A stretch of DNA of 64,000 nt. Source: Phoronis australis. Its lineage: Eukaryota > Animalia > Phoronida. Shown here in pieces: positions 52,620 through 64,000 of this stretch; the first letter of the stretch is position 1, and each line of letters begins with the position of its first letter. The translations under genes were made by a program, and so were the position numbers. The notes under the pieces were generated by a model. The model was not told the origin of the DNA, ran no database searches, and saw only the letters and a list, made by a program, of their open reading frames with translations. Location of the stretch: NCBI GenBank assembly GCA_002633005.1, contig NMRA01000273.1, positions 253,555 through 317,554 on the forward strand, read 5' to 3'.

Positions 52620-53350
52620 ATGCCACCCCTTTTACACATGTAACAAAAATACTTATGATGAACTAGTTAGAAAAATCAAACTGCCATATGAGGGCACCGT
52701 AGTTGTCACACCCGTCCAAAAACTAATGTCAGTCGTGGTTTTCTCACCGAGAACAAATCTGTCAATTTTTACTATAATCCTTTAAGCGGTTTGGGAACGA
52801 CAAAAATGACAAAACAATATTGAAAATGGACACTAAGGTGGTACGAAATATGATGAAACCAAAAATGGAATGGCACAGTACTCTCCTTACAAGCGTTTGT
52901 CATTAAAATCTTTTCACAAGCAATGAAGAAACAAAGCAAATGAAAGTTGCCACTAGAGGGCACACCAGTAGTTGGACCCGTCAGAAAACCAAAACGTAAA
53001 CTGTGGTCTTCTCTTAGAAGACACATCTGGAAATTTTAATAATTCTTTCACTGGCTTGGCAGATAGAGAGGCAGACGCCAGAAAACAGATTTGAAAATAA
53101 CACAAATTGACCACTAGTTCATCCGAAAATGGAATGACATCGTTAAAAGTAACCTATTTGCCAAATTTCAGGAAAATCCACCTAGAAACTTCAAGACACA
53201 GGCAAATGTGAAAAACTAAAATTACCACTAGGATACTCGTAACCTGCCATACGCTTCATAGGAACACATCTACCAAACCTCATCAAGATCCTCCGCACAC
53301 CCACATGTTAAAAGATAATAGGTATATGCATCCACTGTGGGTGCACAAAA
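52620..53350 (+). mobile_element. Third copy of the HINE-like repeat family
   Basis: Blocks gttgccactagagggcacacc, aacctatttgccaaatttcaggaaaatccacc, ataggaacacatctacc. End hairpin atgcatccactgtgggtgcacaaaaa. The left boundary is approximate. Confidence 0.55.
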
Positions 53351-53522
53351 ATGAATAACGATTACCAATTGAGTTTAAAGGGCTATAAGCCCGCCTTTCA
53401 TCACAAAAGACAACCTTTGATTTAGACCTCTTTCTGTTATGGAATTCCTTCGAAATTGTTCCCAAGTCAAATCGGAAATAACGTCAGACATATGAAGGAA
53501 CTGACATATATGCCTTTACTCA

Positions 53523-53605
53523 AGATTAGGCACTACATGTCGACTTGCCATGACGTGTCATTTGAGATTAGGCACTACATGTTGACTTGTCATGACGTGT
53601 CATTT
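53523..53605. repeat. 2 x 42-bp tandem duplication
   Basis: agattaggcactacatgt.gacttg.catgacgtgtcattt occurs twice. Confidence 0.8.
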
Positions 53606-54959
53606 TATATGCAAACTTCTTTCCACACTCAGAAATCATTCCTCAGTTGAGTAACCAACAAGTAGACTGAGGCAAGCGGTCGTATTTAAAGTTTACTTCT
53701 TGGATGGAACATGACTTTGTAGCTGCTTCTCAGCAGATTACAAATTTTAACCCAATAACAGAAAGCCAATCACGTTTGAAAGCAAACATGAGATTATATC
53801 TGGCTTAATATACATGAGCTGCACCGCATTTTTGAGAGGCAACAAACTTTAATGAAACCCTGGTTTCTGTAATTATAACACCAGTAACAATTTTGAATTT
53901 TCTGCATAGAAACACATTGTAATTATTAAGAATTTATTTAACAAATATACACAATAAATAACAACAATACTCAGAAATGGTTTTAAAGTAGGATCTTTTC
54001 CAGGACCATTTATTTATTCAAAACTATAGATTTTAACTCTGTATAAGTATAATATATATATTCACTGAAAGTAGAAAGCATGTAGAATTTGATTTTTGAC
54101 TTTTTAACAATCTGCCAATAATTGGGTCATGCAAACATGACTTTTGAGTAAAATATGACAAACAAAAAGGTACACCGATAGCAAAATAACACTATCAAGA
54201 CAACGACCAAATTTATATGAGATAAAACTTTAGTTTTCTAAATTATAAATTGCGTTTTTATGTTGCATGATTTCCTTTTTTCATGAAAGCCGTAAAAGTC
54301 CAGTCAGTCATTTCTGAGATGAGATGGTCTAAACTTTGCTAAATTGGAATATTCTTCTAAGGTCCTAAATAAACTTGACATTATAACTGCACAACAGGTA
54401 GACAAAACACTACAGGTAGACACTATACAAGCAAATTAAAGGAGAAACTAAACACAGCATATAAATAATAGTCGCACAAATTACTTCACAAGTAATATGT
54501 AATAAGTTACACTAAAACAATGCAGTTTCAAAACAATTAGGTACATTTAAGGACAGGAGTGATGATATATGAATAACATTGCATTTGGATGTAGTGAAGA
54601 GCTTAGAACTACAAAGATGGAAAGTTCCCGAAGCAAGGGAAACTGTTAACTTTTCTCCTTATTAATTTTTTCAATACTATTAGCGATAAAAACAAACACA
54701 TATACATGTAACGACAACATATAATACGCATGCAAACAGACACACACACAGACATATGTGCACACACACTCACATGCATCCATGGAATGCCAATGTGTTC
54801 TTTTTAGAGCATGTGCATTGCACTCGTTCATATAAGTGCAATACCAAACAAAGCTCTAGAATGTAATGTGAATCCGGAAAGTGATGATCACTCAGATTAC
54901 AGTACAGTGACAGATTGCATAACAAACTAAAGTTATTTTAACCCGCTTCGGACGAGAGC

Positions 54960-57460
54960 AGCGACGAAAGTTTGGCCAGCGATCCTGACTCGGAGGATGA
55001 GGACTTGAACGCCTTGAATGCGCAATGGAGTGAAAGTTTTTGAACCGAAACACACATTGCCCACTGATGCTAGGCCTTTGGACTATATAAGTTTGTTTTT
55101 GCCTCCGGTGTGTTTCAAGAGTGATACCCAAGAAACATACCAGTATGCAGATCAGCAACAAGCCGTGAACGGTCCCGATGCAACATGGCGACCAACCAGT
55201 GCCGACGAAATACGTGCATGTTTTGGAATAAACCTTTTGATGGGCATAAAGCAGTCTCCAAGATTATGGTGCTACTGGAGCACTGACCCCAAGCTAGCGG
55301 AACTACGTATTAGCTCAATAATGCCCAAAACGAGGTTTTTGAAACTCAGTCAGTAGCTGCATATCCCAGATACTTCGAACATCGCTGATCGTGATGACCC
55401 TATACACGATCCACTTTTCAAGGTGAGACCAATATTGGACATGGTTCGTGCAACATTTTTAGCCATTTACTACCCGGAGCAACAGCTCAGTATTGATGAA
55501 GCCATGACTGGTTTCAAAGGAGGATCATACTTTAGATAATATACCCCCGCTAAGCCCACAAAAGGGTATATCAAGGTGTAGGTGTGTTGCGAACGTAGGT
55601 CTGGGTATTGCTGACAACTTTCCATCTACATGGGTAGAAAACGCGATGGCCAGCGACAACATGGTCTGGGATGTTATATGGGACTTGTCATTTTCATATC
55701 ACAACAGGCATCACCATTTGTATTTCGACTTCTTCTTCTCGTCAGTAATTTTGGTCGAACACTTGAAACTGGTAAATATGTATTGTTGATCAACAATAAT
55801 GGCCAACCGCAAAGACCCACCAGACAAAATAAAGAAAACGAAACTAAAGAAAGTGGGTGATACACTCCAGCAACGGAAAGGCGAGATGGTTGCTACAAGT
55901 TATAAGGACAAACGTCAACTCATCTTTCTGTCTTCATTTCACAGTCTTTTTGTTGGAGAAAGTAAACCAACTGTCTACCTTCAGCACAATGCTTACATGG
56001 GTGGTGATGACAAGTCAGATCAGTTGAGATCGTATTACCCAGTGCAGGGGCGGATCTACGTTTTCAGCAAGGGGGGGTTTAGGATTCCTGCCAAGGTCGA
56101 ATCCTAGGCGCGTGGCTCCGAGCAGGAGGAGGTCGGGAGGGGGGTTCCCCTCCCGTGTAAGAAATTTTTTTGTTTTTGTAGCCAAATAGTGAAATTTCCA
56201 TGCATCCCGGTAAGTTTCTGGCACTTAACATGTCTCTGGAGTTTTTCTTAAGATAATTAAAAACCCTTCTCGATTTCGTCACATGAACTTGGCACATAAG
56301 TTTNAGATTATGGTGCTACTGGAGCACTGACCCCAAGCTAGCGGAACTACGTATTAGCTCAATAATGCCCAAAACGAGGTTTTTGAAACTCAGTCAGTAG
56401 CTGCATATCCCAGATACTTCGAACATCGCTGGTCGTGATGACCCTATATACGATCCACTTTTCAAGGTGAGACCAATATTGGACATGGTTCGTGCAACAT
56501 TTTTAGCCAATTACTACCCTGAGCAAGAGCTCAGTATTGATGAAGGCATGATTGGCTTTAAAGGAGGATCGTACTTTAGATAATATACCCCCGCTAAGCC
56601 CACAAAAGGGTATCAAGGTGTGTTGTGAACGTAGGTCTGGGTATTGCTGACAACTTTCCATCTACACGGGTAGAAAACGCGATGGCCAGCGACAACATGG
56701 TCTGGGATGTTATATGGGACTTGTCATTTCCATATCACAACAGGCATCACCATTTGTATTTCGACTTCTTTCCGTCAGTAATTTCGGCCGAACATTTGAA
56801 ACTGGTAAATATGTATTGTTGCTCAACAATAATGGCCAACCACAAAGACCCACCAGACAAAATAAAGAAAACGAAACTAAAGAAAGTGGGTGATATATTC
56901 CAGCAACGGAAAGGCAAGATGGTTGCTACAAGTTATAATGACAAACGTCAACTCATCTTTCTGTCTTCTTTTCACAGTCTTTTTGTTGGAGAAGGTAAAC
57001 CAACTGTCTACCTTCAGTACAATGCTTACATGGGTGGTGATGACAAGTCAGATCAGTTGAGATCGTATTACCCAGTAGGTAGGGAAAGTAAGAAATAGCG
57101 GAGATATATTATATGGTTTGTTGTGAATTTGTCTCTTGTGAGTGCTCATTATTTTGTACAAGAAAAATCTTCACATTCCAATAGTGAAGGAAATGTATGA
57201 TGCCTTGCAATTTCGGATCGATGTTGTCGTACAGTTAGAAAATGGTTTTTTGCTCTTGACAGCGTATGACTGATCGAAAGAGCAGTCAGATAGACAGCCA
57301 CTTCATGGTGACAACATTGGCCATCATGATATGGTCAAAAATGACGGAAGAAAATGGATCGGAGTGTTGTAATGACCAACAAAGGACACCAGCCGGTCGC
57401 CGTGTCGAAACTTCTTTCAAATGCAGTGTGTCTTTTTCAGAGTGGGATGTTTTTTAACAT
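54960..57460 (+). pseudogene. Decayed piggyBac (PGBD4-like, DDE_Tnp_1_7) transposase, partly duplicated across a gap
   Basis: WRPTSADEIRACFGINLLMGI, YWSTDP, IMPKTRFLKLSQ*LH, DPLFKVRPILD, LSIDEAM.GFKG, PAKPTK, HHLYFDFF, YNAYMGGDDKSDQLRSYY, C-terminal Cys remnant RRVETSFKCSV. Multiple stops and frameshifts. 55261-56043 is repeated at 56305-57074 across the N at 56304. Confidence 0.88.
56045..56303 (+). mobile_element. Left end of a hAT-like non-autonomous element (CAGGGGCGGATC terminus) nested in the piggyBac
   Basis: Copy A reads ...tattacccagtg|caggggcggatctacg... while copy B continues ...tattacccagtaggtaggg. The element runs into the N gap. Confidence 0.65.
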
Positions 57461-58104
57461 TCCATGAGAGGAATTTAGTTACCAAATAAGTTTGTGGAAG
57501 ACAGCTTCATTCTGATAGACTGTGAAAATTCGTTTCAATTAAGTAGTCATTGTATTGATCACGCTCGAATATGACTATAGCACACATATCAATTTTTACA
57601 TAACTGTTCGCTAATTTTCTACATATTTTGTTCACGCTTGGGTAGAGTAAAAACAAATGTTTTGTGGTTCTACATATTAGCTAGCAACAAGAGGAATGAG
57701 TATGACTAAGTGTTAACTCCTGACATACAGTTTTCATTCGACTGAAAAGAGCATGCTATATTGAGTGATGGTGCAGTTCATGTAATGTTTTTTTCAGTGT
57801 TCATTGCCATTTCAGATAAAAATTCAAACTGAACCAAAGTTTCTGCAAGGTTTTATTGACTGTAATTCGAATTTCATTAAAAAAATGTTCTTTCCCAGAA
57901 ATTACGTGAAGCCTACCTGATTTTAAGGAGTGCCAAGTCTTTTTTGCTTACCTGATGAAGATGTTCTTCATTAATACTTGCTGAAATTTTGAAGAGCCTG
58001 TTTGCAATACTTTGAAAGATATTACCATTTTAGTAACTGGTGGGTGATTTCAGCACACAAACTTAGAATAAATGTGAATGCATTAGTTGGTCATCCAGTC
58101 TGGG

Positions 58105-58126
58105 AATGTGAATGCTAAAGGGTTAA
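58105..58126 (+). mobile_element. Candidate piggyBac right terminus
   Basis: ...aatgtgaatgctaaaGGG|TTAA (TTAA 58123-58126) about 650 bp downstream of the transposase remnant. A matching left end was not found. Confidence 0.5.
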
Positions 58127-58499
58127 GCATTTCTAGTCTGACTGAGGGGCTTATTGAAGCCACCTGTGGTTGGATTTCTAGCACCATAACATTTTGCAAT
58201 CCAATTTAATATATTCTGCCAGGAGTTTGGTTTTAACCTGAGTTGACTATTATCAAAACTTCCTAACTTTTGTGATTACCTGATGAAGCACCAATTCTGA
58301 AATCATTTCTACAATGATGCTACAAGGTCATGTAAAGCCCCTTTGTATATTTGTACCCTAAGAAAGTTTTGTAGAAAAGGGAGTTGTATATTATTCCAGA
58401 TGACTCACAATTTGGAAGCAATTCAGGTAGGTCAATATGTTTATTATAATCATTGTCACTGAAACACTCGAAAGTGGTTAACTATAGAAAACATAAATT

Positions 58500-60305
58500 A
58501 TGTATCAGCAAAATGTCCATTTGAGAAATGTAGATATCAGGACTGGACACCAAAGATTTCTTACAACTGTTTTAACAGATAAACACAGAGAGGTTCCTAA
58601 AGGATGAGTCATCACCAAGAATGAAGACAGTCTGCTGCAGCTGGTTTTATTAGTAGATGTGGCTAAATTATCTATGTGTAAATTTGTTGTCAATTTTACT
58701 AGGGCAGAAATTTCTATAAAAGTTCACTCTAGGGAAATCTCGCACAGTCACGATATCTTCAAATGTATAGATCTCCCTTTCTTAACTCAAGAAAATGTTC
58801 ATAAGGTGATCAGTTTGATTTCTGAGTTTAGTGTTTGCTGTGGTAATTCTGATGAACAGTTTCAAAGAACACTAATTATGGAGAGACGGATATTTCAACC
58901 GTAAGGTCTGTGAACTGTGCCATGCTAATTAAAGGTGAAAGCCGGAGTTCCAGCTGTTCACAGTTTCGGAACACACAGAGCGAAAGCGACGTAACGTGGA
59001 CAACATAGAAAGTCCTTCTTCTAGCACGCCTCTGGTTCACCTTGATTCAACTCAGCTGATGAATTGGCTAAAGTCTAGGACTCTCCAAAACAAAATACTT
59101 AAACAACGCATTGTTCGCCTGGAGAAACGAATGCAGGACAGTATACAATTAGAAGGTGTAAACCTTGACTCTGAAACAGCATCTGACATTCAGCAGATTG
59201 TAAATGAACAAAAAAGTGAACATTGATTTCCTCCAAACTCTTTTGCTGCACTCTTTTGGGACCAGCAAATGAAAGCTACATGTGCCAAAAATGCCAAAAG
59301 TATCCGTTGGCACCCCATGGTAATCCGCTGGGCTCTCAGTTTGAAATTCAAATCTAGTGCAGCTTATGAAACTTTGCGTAATTCTGGTTGCATCAAGTTG
59401 CCCTCTCAGCGAACTCTAAAAGACTACACTAATATTTTCAAAACTGAGTCAGGATTTCAAGAACATGTTTTTGCTATGATGCAAGCTGAAATGAAGAAGA
59501 AAGGAAAATCAAGACATGTTTGTAGGCATGCTTATGGACGAGGTAAAACTGAAGTCAAACCTTGTGTTTGACAAGCACTCGGGAGAGTTAATTGGTTTTG
59601 TTGATCTCGGGAATGATGCCAATCACATGGATGATCTGGAGCGGGCTCTAAACGCAGATGGGCCAATCATGCCTGATGTTGCCACACACATGCTAGTACT
59701 TATGACCAGAGGACTAGAATGTAACTTTAAAATGGTTTTTGCTCACTTTCCCACAACGGGTGCAAAGTCATAGCATCTTTTCCCCATTTTATGGGAAGCA
59801 GTTGAGCGACTGGAGTGGTTAGACTTCAAAGTCTTAAGTATAACAGGAGATGGAGCGACACCAAATAGAAAGTTCTTCAAAATTCACAAACAAGGTGCCA
59901 ACTCAATAGTGTACAAAACTTTTAACCCCTGGGCTGAAGATGGTCGTGAACTGTTATTTTTCTCAGATGCTCCGCACCTCATCAAAACAACTAGAAATTG
60001 CTCTTTTAATAGTTTTACCCACAAGCGAAGTAGAGCATTGTGGCGCAATGGTAAATATATTTCATGGGAGCATGTCATAAAACTCTACCACCACGAACAA
60101 AGTGCAGTTTTACAGCTTGCTCCCAAGCTGTCACGAGTTCACATCTACCTCACTTGGCACTATGACAACTACAAGCTGCTTCTCTGAGGCTGCAAAAATC
60201 TAGTGCATGTGCACCATTTACTGGGAACGGTGGCAGTCGAAAGAAGGGACCACGCAACATCGTAGTTGACAACAGTGCAATTCCAAAGAGAAAGAATTCA
60301 CGATG
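58500..60305 (+). pseudogene. Decayed P-element/THAP9-like transposase, copy 1
   Basis: IRWHPMVIRWALSLKFKSSAAYETLRNSGCIKLPSQRTLKDYT, LMDEVKLKSNLVFDKHSGELIGFVDLG, ITGDGATPNRKFF, FFSDAPHLIKTTRN, LAPKLSRVHI. Stops, frameshifts and a large internal deletion near 60150. Boundaries are approximate. Confidence 0.85.
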
Positions 60306-61569
60306 ATACTGTTACTGAACAGCAATTCTAATGCACAGGGATTGCTATTGCACAGAAAACTTGTCTGCAGCCATTTGAAGTGGTGTAATTTGTTGGTTGC
60401 CTATAATAATATGTATTGAAATTGGTTAGCCTCTTGCTTAAAACCAACAAAAGTTAAAAATGTTTTTTACATGTGCACATACTGCAATGCACTGTCGTTT
60501 CATTAATAGTTGGTACACTAATGTACTACTTTACCCTTGACAGCTTCATGTTCAAACTAATAGAGACAAAAGTAAACATGCAAACCATTCGAGATCAAAC
60601 TCCATTCACTGACAAAATTTTTGAATTTCAATGATGAGGCAAGTTATGCAGTGACAAACTGCTAGCAACTTACATGTACAAACTATTTTTCCCTGGGACC
60701 CCTACAGTACAAACTATTAGAGGGAAATACCATGTTTCAAAGTGTCAGAAGTTGACTATGGGTTTAGTTTGAAAGGTAACTACGGCGTGTAATTGTGCAT
60801 GAATGGAGAGAGAATGATTAAATTCAGTAATAAGTTTATAATTTAATTAAGTTTATTATTAATTAATTTAATTATTATTTATTATTTAATGGAAGTAAAA
60901 CCTGTTGTTAATTAATTTAGTATACTAACAATGAAGAAGAAATAGTACGCTACCACCCTCTGTAAGGGTAACTTCAATCAATTAGTCATAAATAATGAAA
61001 AGTCTTATCTGCTGTACACGCTGTAGGACGTGACACTCCTTGGTCAATCCTCCTACTAACACACACTGTTCTGCAACCGCATGATCTTATCTAATCATAT
61101 CATTGGCTGTTACGATTTGATCTCAGAAATTTCTGGAATCCTTACACAAATATTATTGAAAATATCTATATGTAGGTTGCAGGTTTTCTTGTAGACAAAT
61201 ATTGTTGAATAACCGAGTTGGGTTGTTTCCACTAGCTTGAGTTGGTTGGTGCTGATGTAGTAACATCATTTCTAAAATCTGTTGGTCTATTTACTCCAAA
61301 ATTGGGGAAAAAAGTGAGCATCATTAACCACCATGGGTGTACCATACAATCATGCTCAGTCTTCTAAGAACTATGTAACACCCGAAGATGGCCAGCGAAA
61401 TTGTAGACTGAAACCTCATGCCAATGTAAATAGGCTAGATGTTGGTGTAAATAGTCCAATAGATTTTAGAAGTGGGGATGAGGTTACTCAGTATTTGAGG
61501 CTACTCTTTGTAGAATCTGCCTATGTTGTGTACATTTTTGTTACTAGTATGCTGTTGCCTTATTTTCAG

Positions 61570-63470
61570 ATGAAAATCTCAATACACTGGCTGACCTCAC
61601 GAATAACTCAAAAGATTTACCAGACTCTTGGGTGATGAACCTTACAGCAGAACATATAATGATCATCAAGCTGTGTGTTGTCAATGATGTGCCTCGTTGT
61701 AAATGTGCCATCACTGTTTCTCGGGACTTAAGCTAAAAAATTAAAGAACTGCCACTCAGTCATCAGATCTACAGTGACAGCAGTCTGAAAATTGAAAATT
61801 CTGTACTTAATGTAGTCAATGCCATCAACACGATGTGCATATGCACTGGTAATCCTGATGAGCAGTACCAGGGTTACTCAAGATATGACAGCGGATTCTT
61901 AGAAGGTCCAATGGGAGAAGAATACCAAAGCTCTGTGAGGTCTCAGCAATGTGAGCTGCTGATTATGAAGGAAAATGCACGGTGTAAAGAATGTTGTAGA
62001 TATCGGAAAACCCCAAGAGCGATAGAATCAAGAAAGCGTCGTAATTGCGATGATCCCACAATCCCTTCATCCAATACCCCTTTGACTCATTTAGACAACC
62101 ACCAGTTGAGAATGAGAGTAAAGGCTCATACCCAACAAGCACGGAACGTACAACTGACGGTCAAGATATTAGAGAACAGAATTCAAGACCAGATAGGCAT
62201 CAACGGTGTTGACAAACTTGTGAGATAAACGATATCGCATGAATCAAAAAGAAATCCACTTGAAAGTGATTCATTCATGGCCCTATTTTTGGAGCAACAG
62301 AGGAAGCATTTGAGGTCAAGGATGCTAGACGTATGCGCTGGCATCTTATGATAGTGAGATGGGCCCTCAGCATCAAGCTGAAGTCGTCTGCTGCATATGA
62401 TGCATTGCAGTCTGCTGGCTTTATTAAACTACCATCCCAACGCACATTACAGGATTACACCAGTGTTTTTAAAGTGAGGACTGGGTTCCAGGTGGAAGCA
62501 TTCCAGCAAATGCAAAGAGAAATGGAAGTTGCCAGATTGGATGATTCTCAAAAGTTCTGCACTTTATTACAAGATGAGATCAAGATAAAGTCAAATCTTG
62601 TATTCGATAAGAATAGTGGGGAGCTCATAGGGTTTGTTGACCTTGGCAACATAGACAATGAGTTACACGATTTTGAGGCAAACCTGAAGGGCAACAACGA
62701 ACCAAGAATAGACTTGGCTAAGTATATGCTCACTTTAGTGGTGCGTTCACTAACGTCAAATTTCAAGTTTGCCCTCACTCATTTTCCATGTGATATAACA
62801 GCAGATTATTTGTACCCAATCTTGTGGGAAGCTGTAGAGCGTTTGGAAATTTGTGGTTTGAAAATTCTGTGCATTACCTGTGATGGAGCATCACCAAACC
62901 GGAAGTTTTTAGGATGCATGATATTAACTTGGATGAAGTTGTATACAAGACTACCAACATTTGGGCTGACGACAATAGGCCATTATTTTATTTCAGATGT
63001 GCCACATCTCTTGATGANAACAAAACAAAACTGTCTATCAAACTCTTTTTGTCACAAGCAAAGTAGAAACATGTGGCGTAATGGTTGTGACATCTCTTGG
63101 TTTCACATTGTTCAATTGCCACTGAACGAAGTAAGATGCTTCTTAGTTATCAAACTATGGAAGGAATTGAAATCACTGTTAAGTCATTTGTTGAAGCGTG
63201 TACATTTCTATTGAATAATGGCGCCAGTTTTGATTGAGTGATCATTTTAATCAAGATCCAATAGAGCAGTGGTCAGCAATGCACAGGCATGCTGGTGGTT
63301 CAAATGAAAACCCAGATGTTAATCAGTTCAATTTCAACATTGCGTCACTTCGAGTACAGAAGTCATGTGCTATGAAGAAATTCAATGCCAATACAAGAGG
63401 TGCCCTGATGATAGGGTTATTGACAACACTACTCTACCCAAGAGACAGAGAAGTGGTCTTTAACATCTGA
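61570..63470 (+). pseudogene. Decayed P-element/THAP9-like transposase, copy 2 (diverged from copy 1)
   Basis: SVRSQQCELLI...RCKECCRYRK, MRWHLMIVRWALSIKLKSSAAYDALQSAGFIKLPSQRTLQDYT, QDEIKIKSNLVFDKNSGELIGFVDLG, TCDGASPNRKF, FISDVPHLL, SDHFNQDPIEQW...GGSNENPDVNQF. Frameshifts and an internal deletion; AATAAA near 63632. Confidence 0.85.
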
Positions 63471-64000
63471 TGAATGGTCAAGGGTGTAATTGTGAGATTT
63501 TGCTCAATATATTGACAAATTCATAGTCAACTGGACGTAATATGTGTTGATGTACACAAAACAGTATTGTGATATTGCGTTAGTTTCTGTTAGATGTAAC
63601 AATGCAATCAACTTCACAAACACGTTAATTCAATAAAACTACATATGTATTTAAATCAGTTGCTTTCTCTATTTACAGATGAGGTCGTTGAACCAGATGC
63701 TGTCTATTTACAAATTAGACTCAAAATACTGAGCTATTACGATATTTTTGCTAAAATGCACATTGCATTATTTTCACTACTTTATAACTCATCAGTCGAA
63801 AGGTGTCACAAAACTACAGATCATTCAATAAATTCAGTTAGCGTTAAGTTCCATACACCGTTATTTGTGGAATGTTTTGCATTGAAATATGTTCTGCAAA
63901 ATTTTGAACAAAAGTGAAATGGAAAGAGTAGCTACTAATGACAAGGTCTCTTTACTATGAACATCCAAAAGGCACGAGCACCTTTCTGTGTGATGAAATG

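Noticed and set aside
53740-54950. ttaaccc sites as the piggyBac left terminus
   Set aside because: The sequence after TTAACCC does not match the inverted right end (ccctttagcatt).

Overview
AT-rich, intron-containing animal (invertebrate-looking) genomic DNA with three host genes. (1) The 5' part of a CENP-F-like giant coiled-coil gene on the minus strand: ATG at 13690, 10 coding exons in the window, about 2680 aa, continuing past the left edge. (2) A short ABRA/STARS-like (Costars domain) gene on the plus strand, divergent from it (16828-17301). (3) A complete 27-exon P5B-type ATPase (ATP13A2-5 family, about 1247 aa) on the minus strand (48120-20861). The right end holds a decayed piggyBac and two decayed P-element/THAP9-like transposases. 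MITEs, a Kolobok-like element and Helentron-like (HINE) repeats sit in introns and UTRs. Four of six single-N gaps are flanked by near-identical duplications that look like uncollapsed haplotypes or overlaps. Most interesting observations: a CENP-F intron made of decayed 42-bp repeats encoding TQT (LC8-type) motifs, with both splice sites aligning to the repeat unit in frame with the flanking exons; a recursive-splice-like AG/GTAAGA exon; a P5B ATPase with intact catalytic motifs but a remodelled polyamine pocket; and a triplicated splice donor. All exon coordinates were read by hand and no database search was run.
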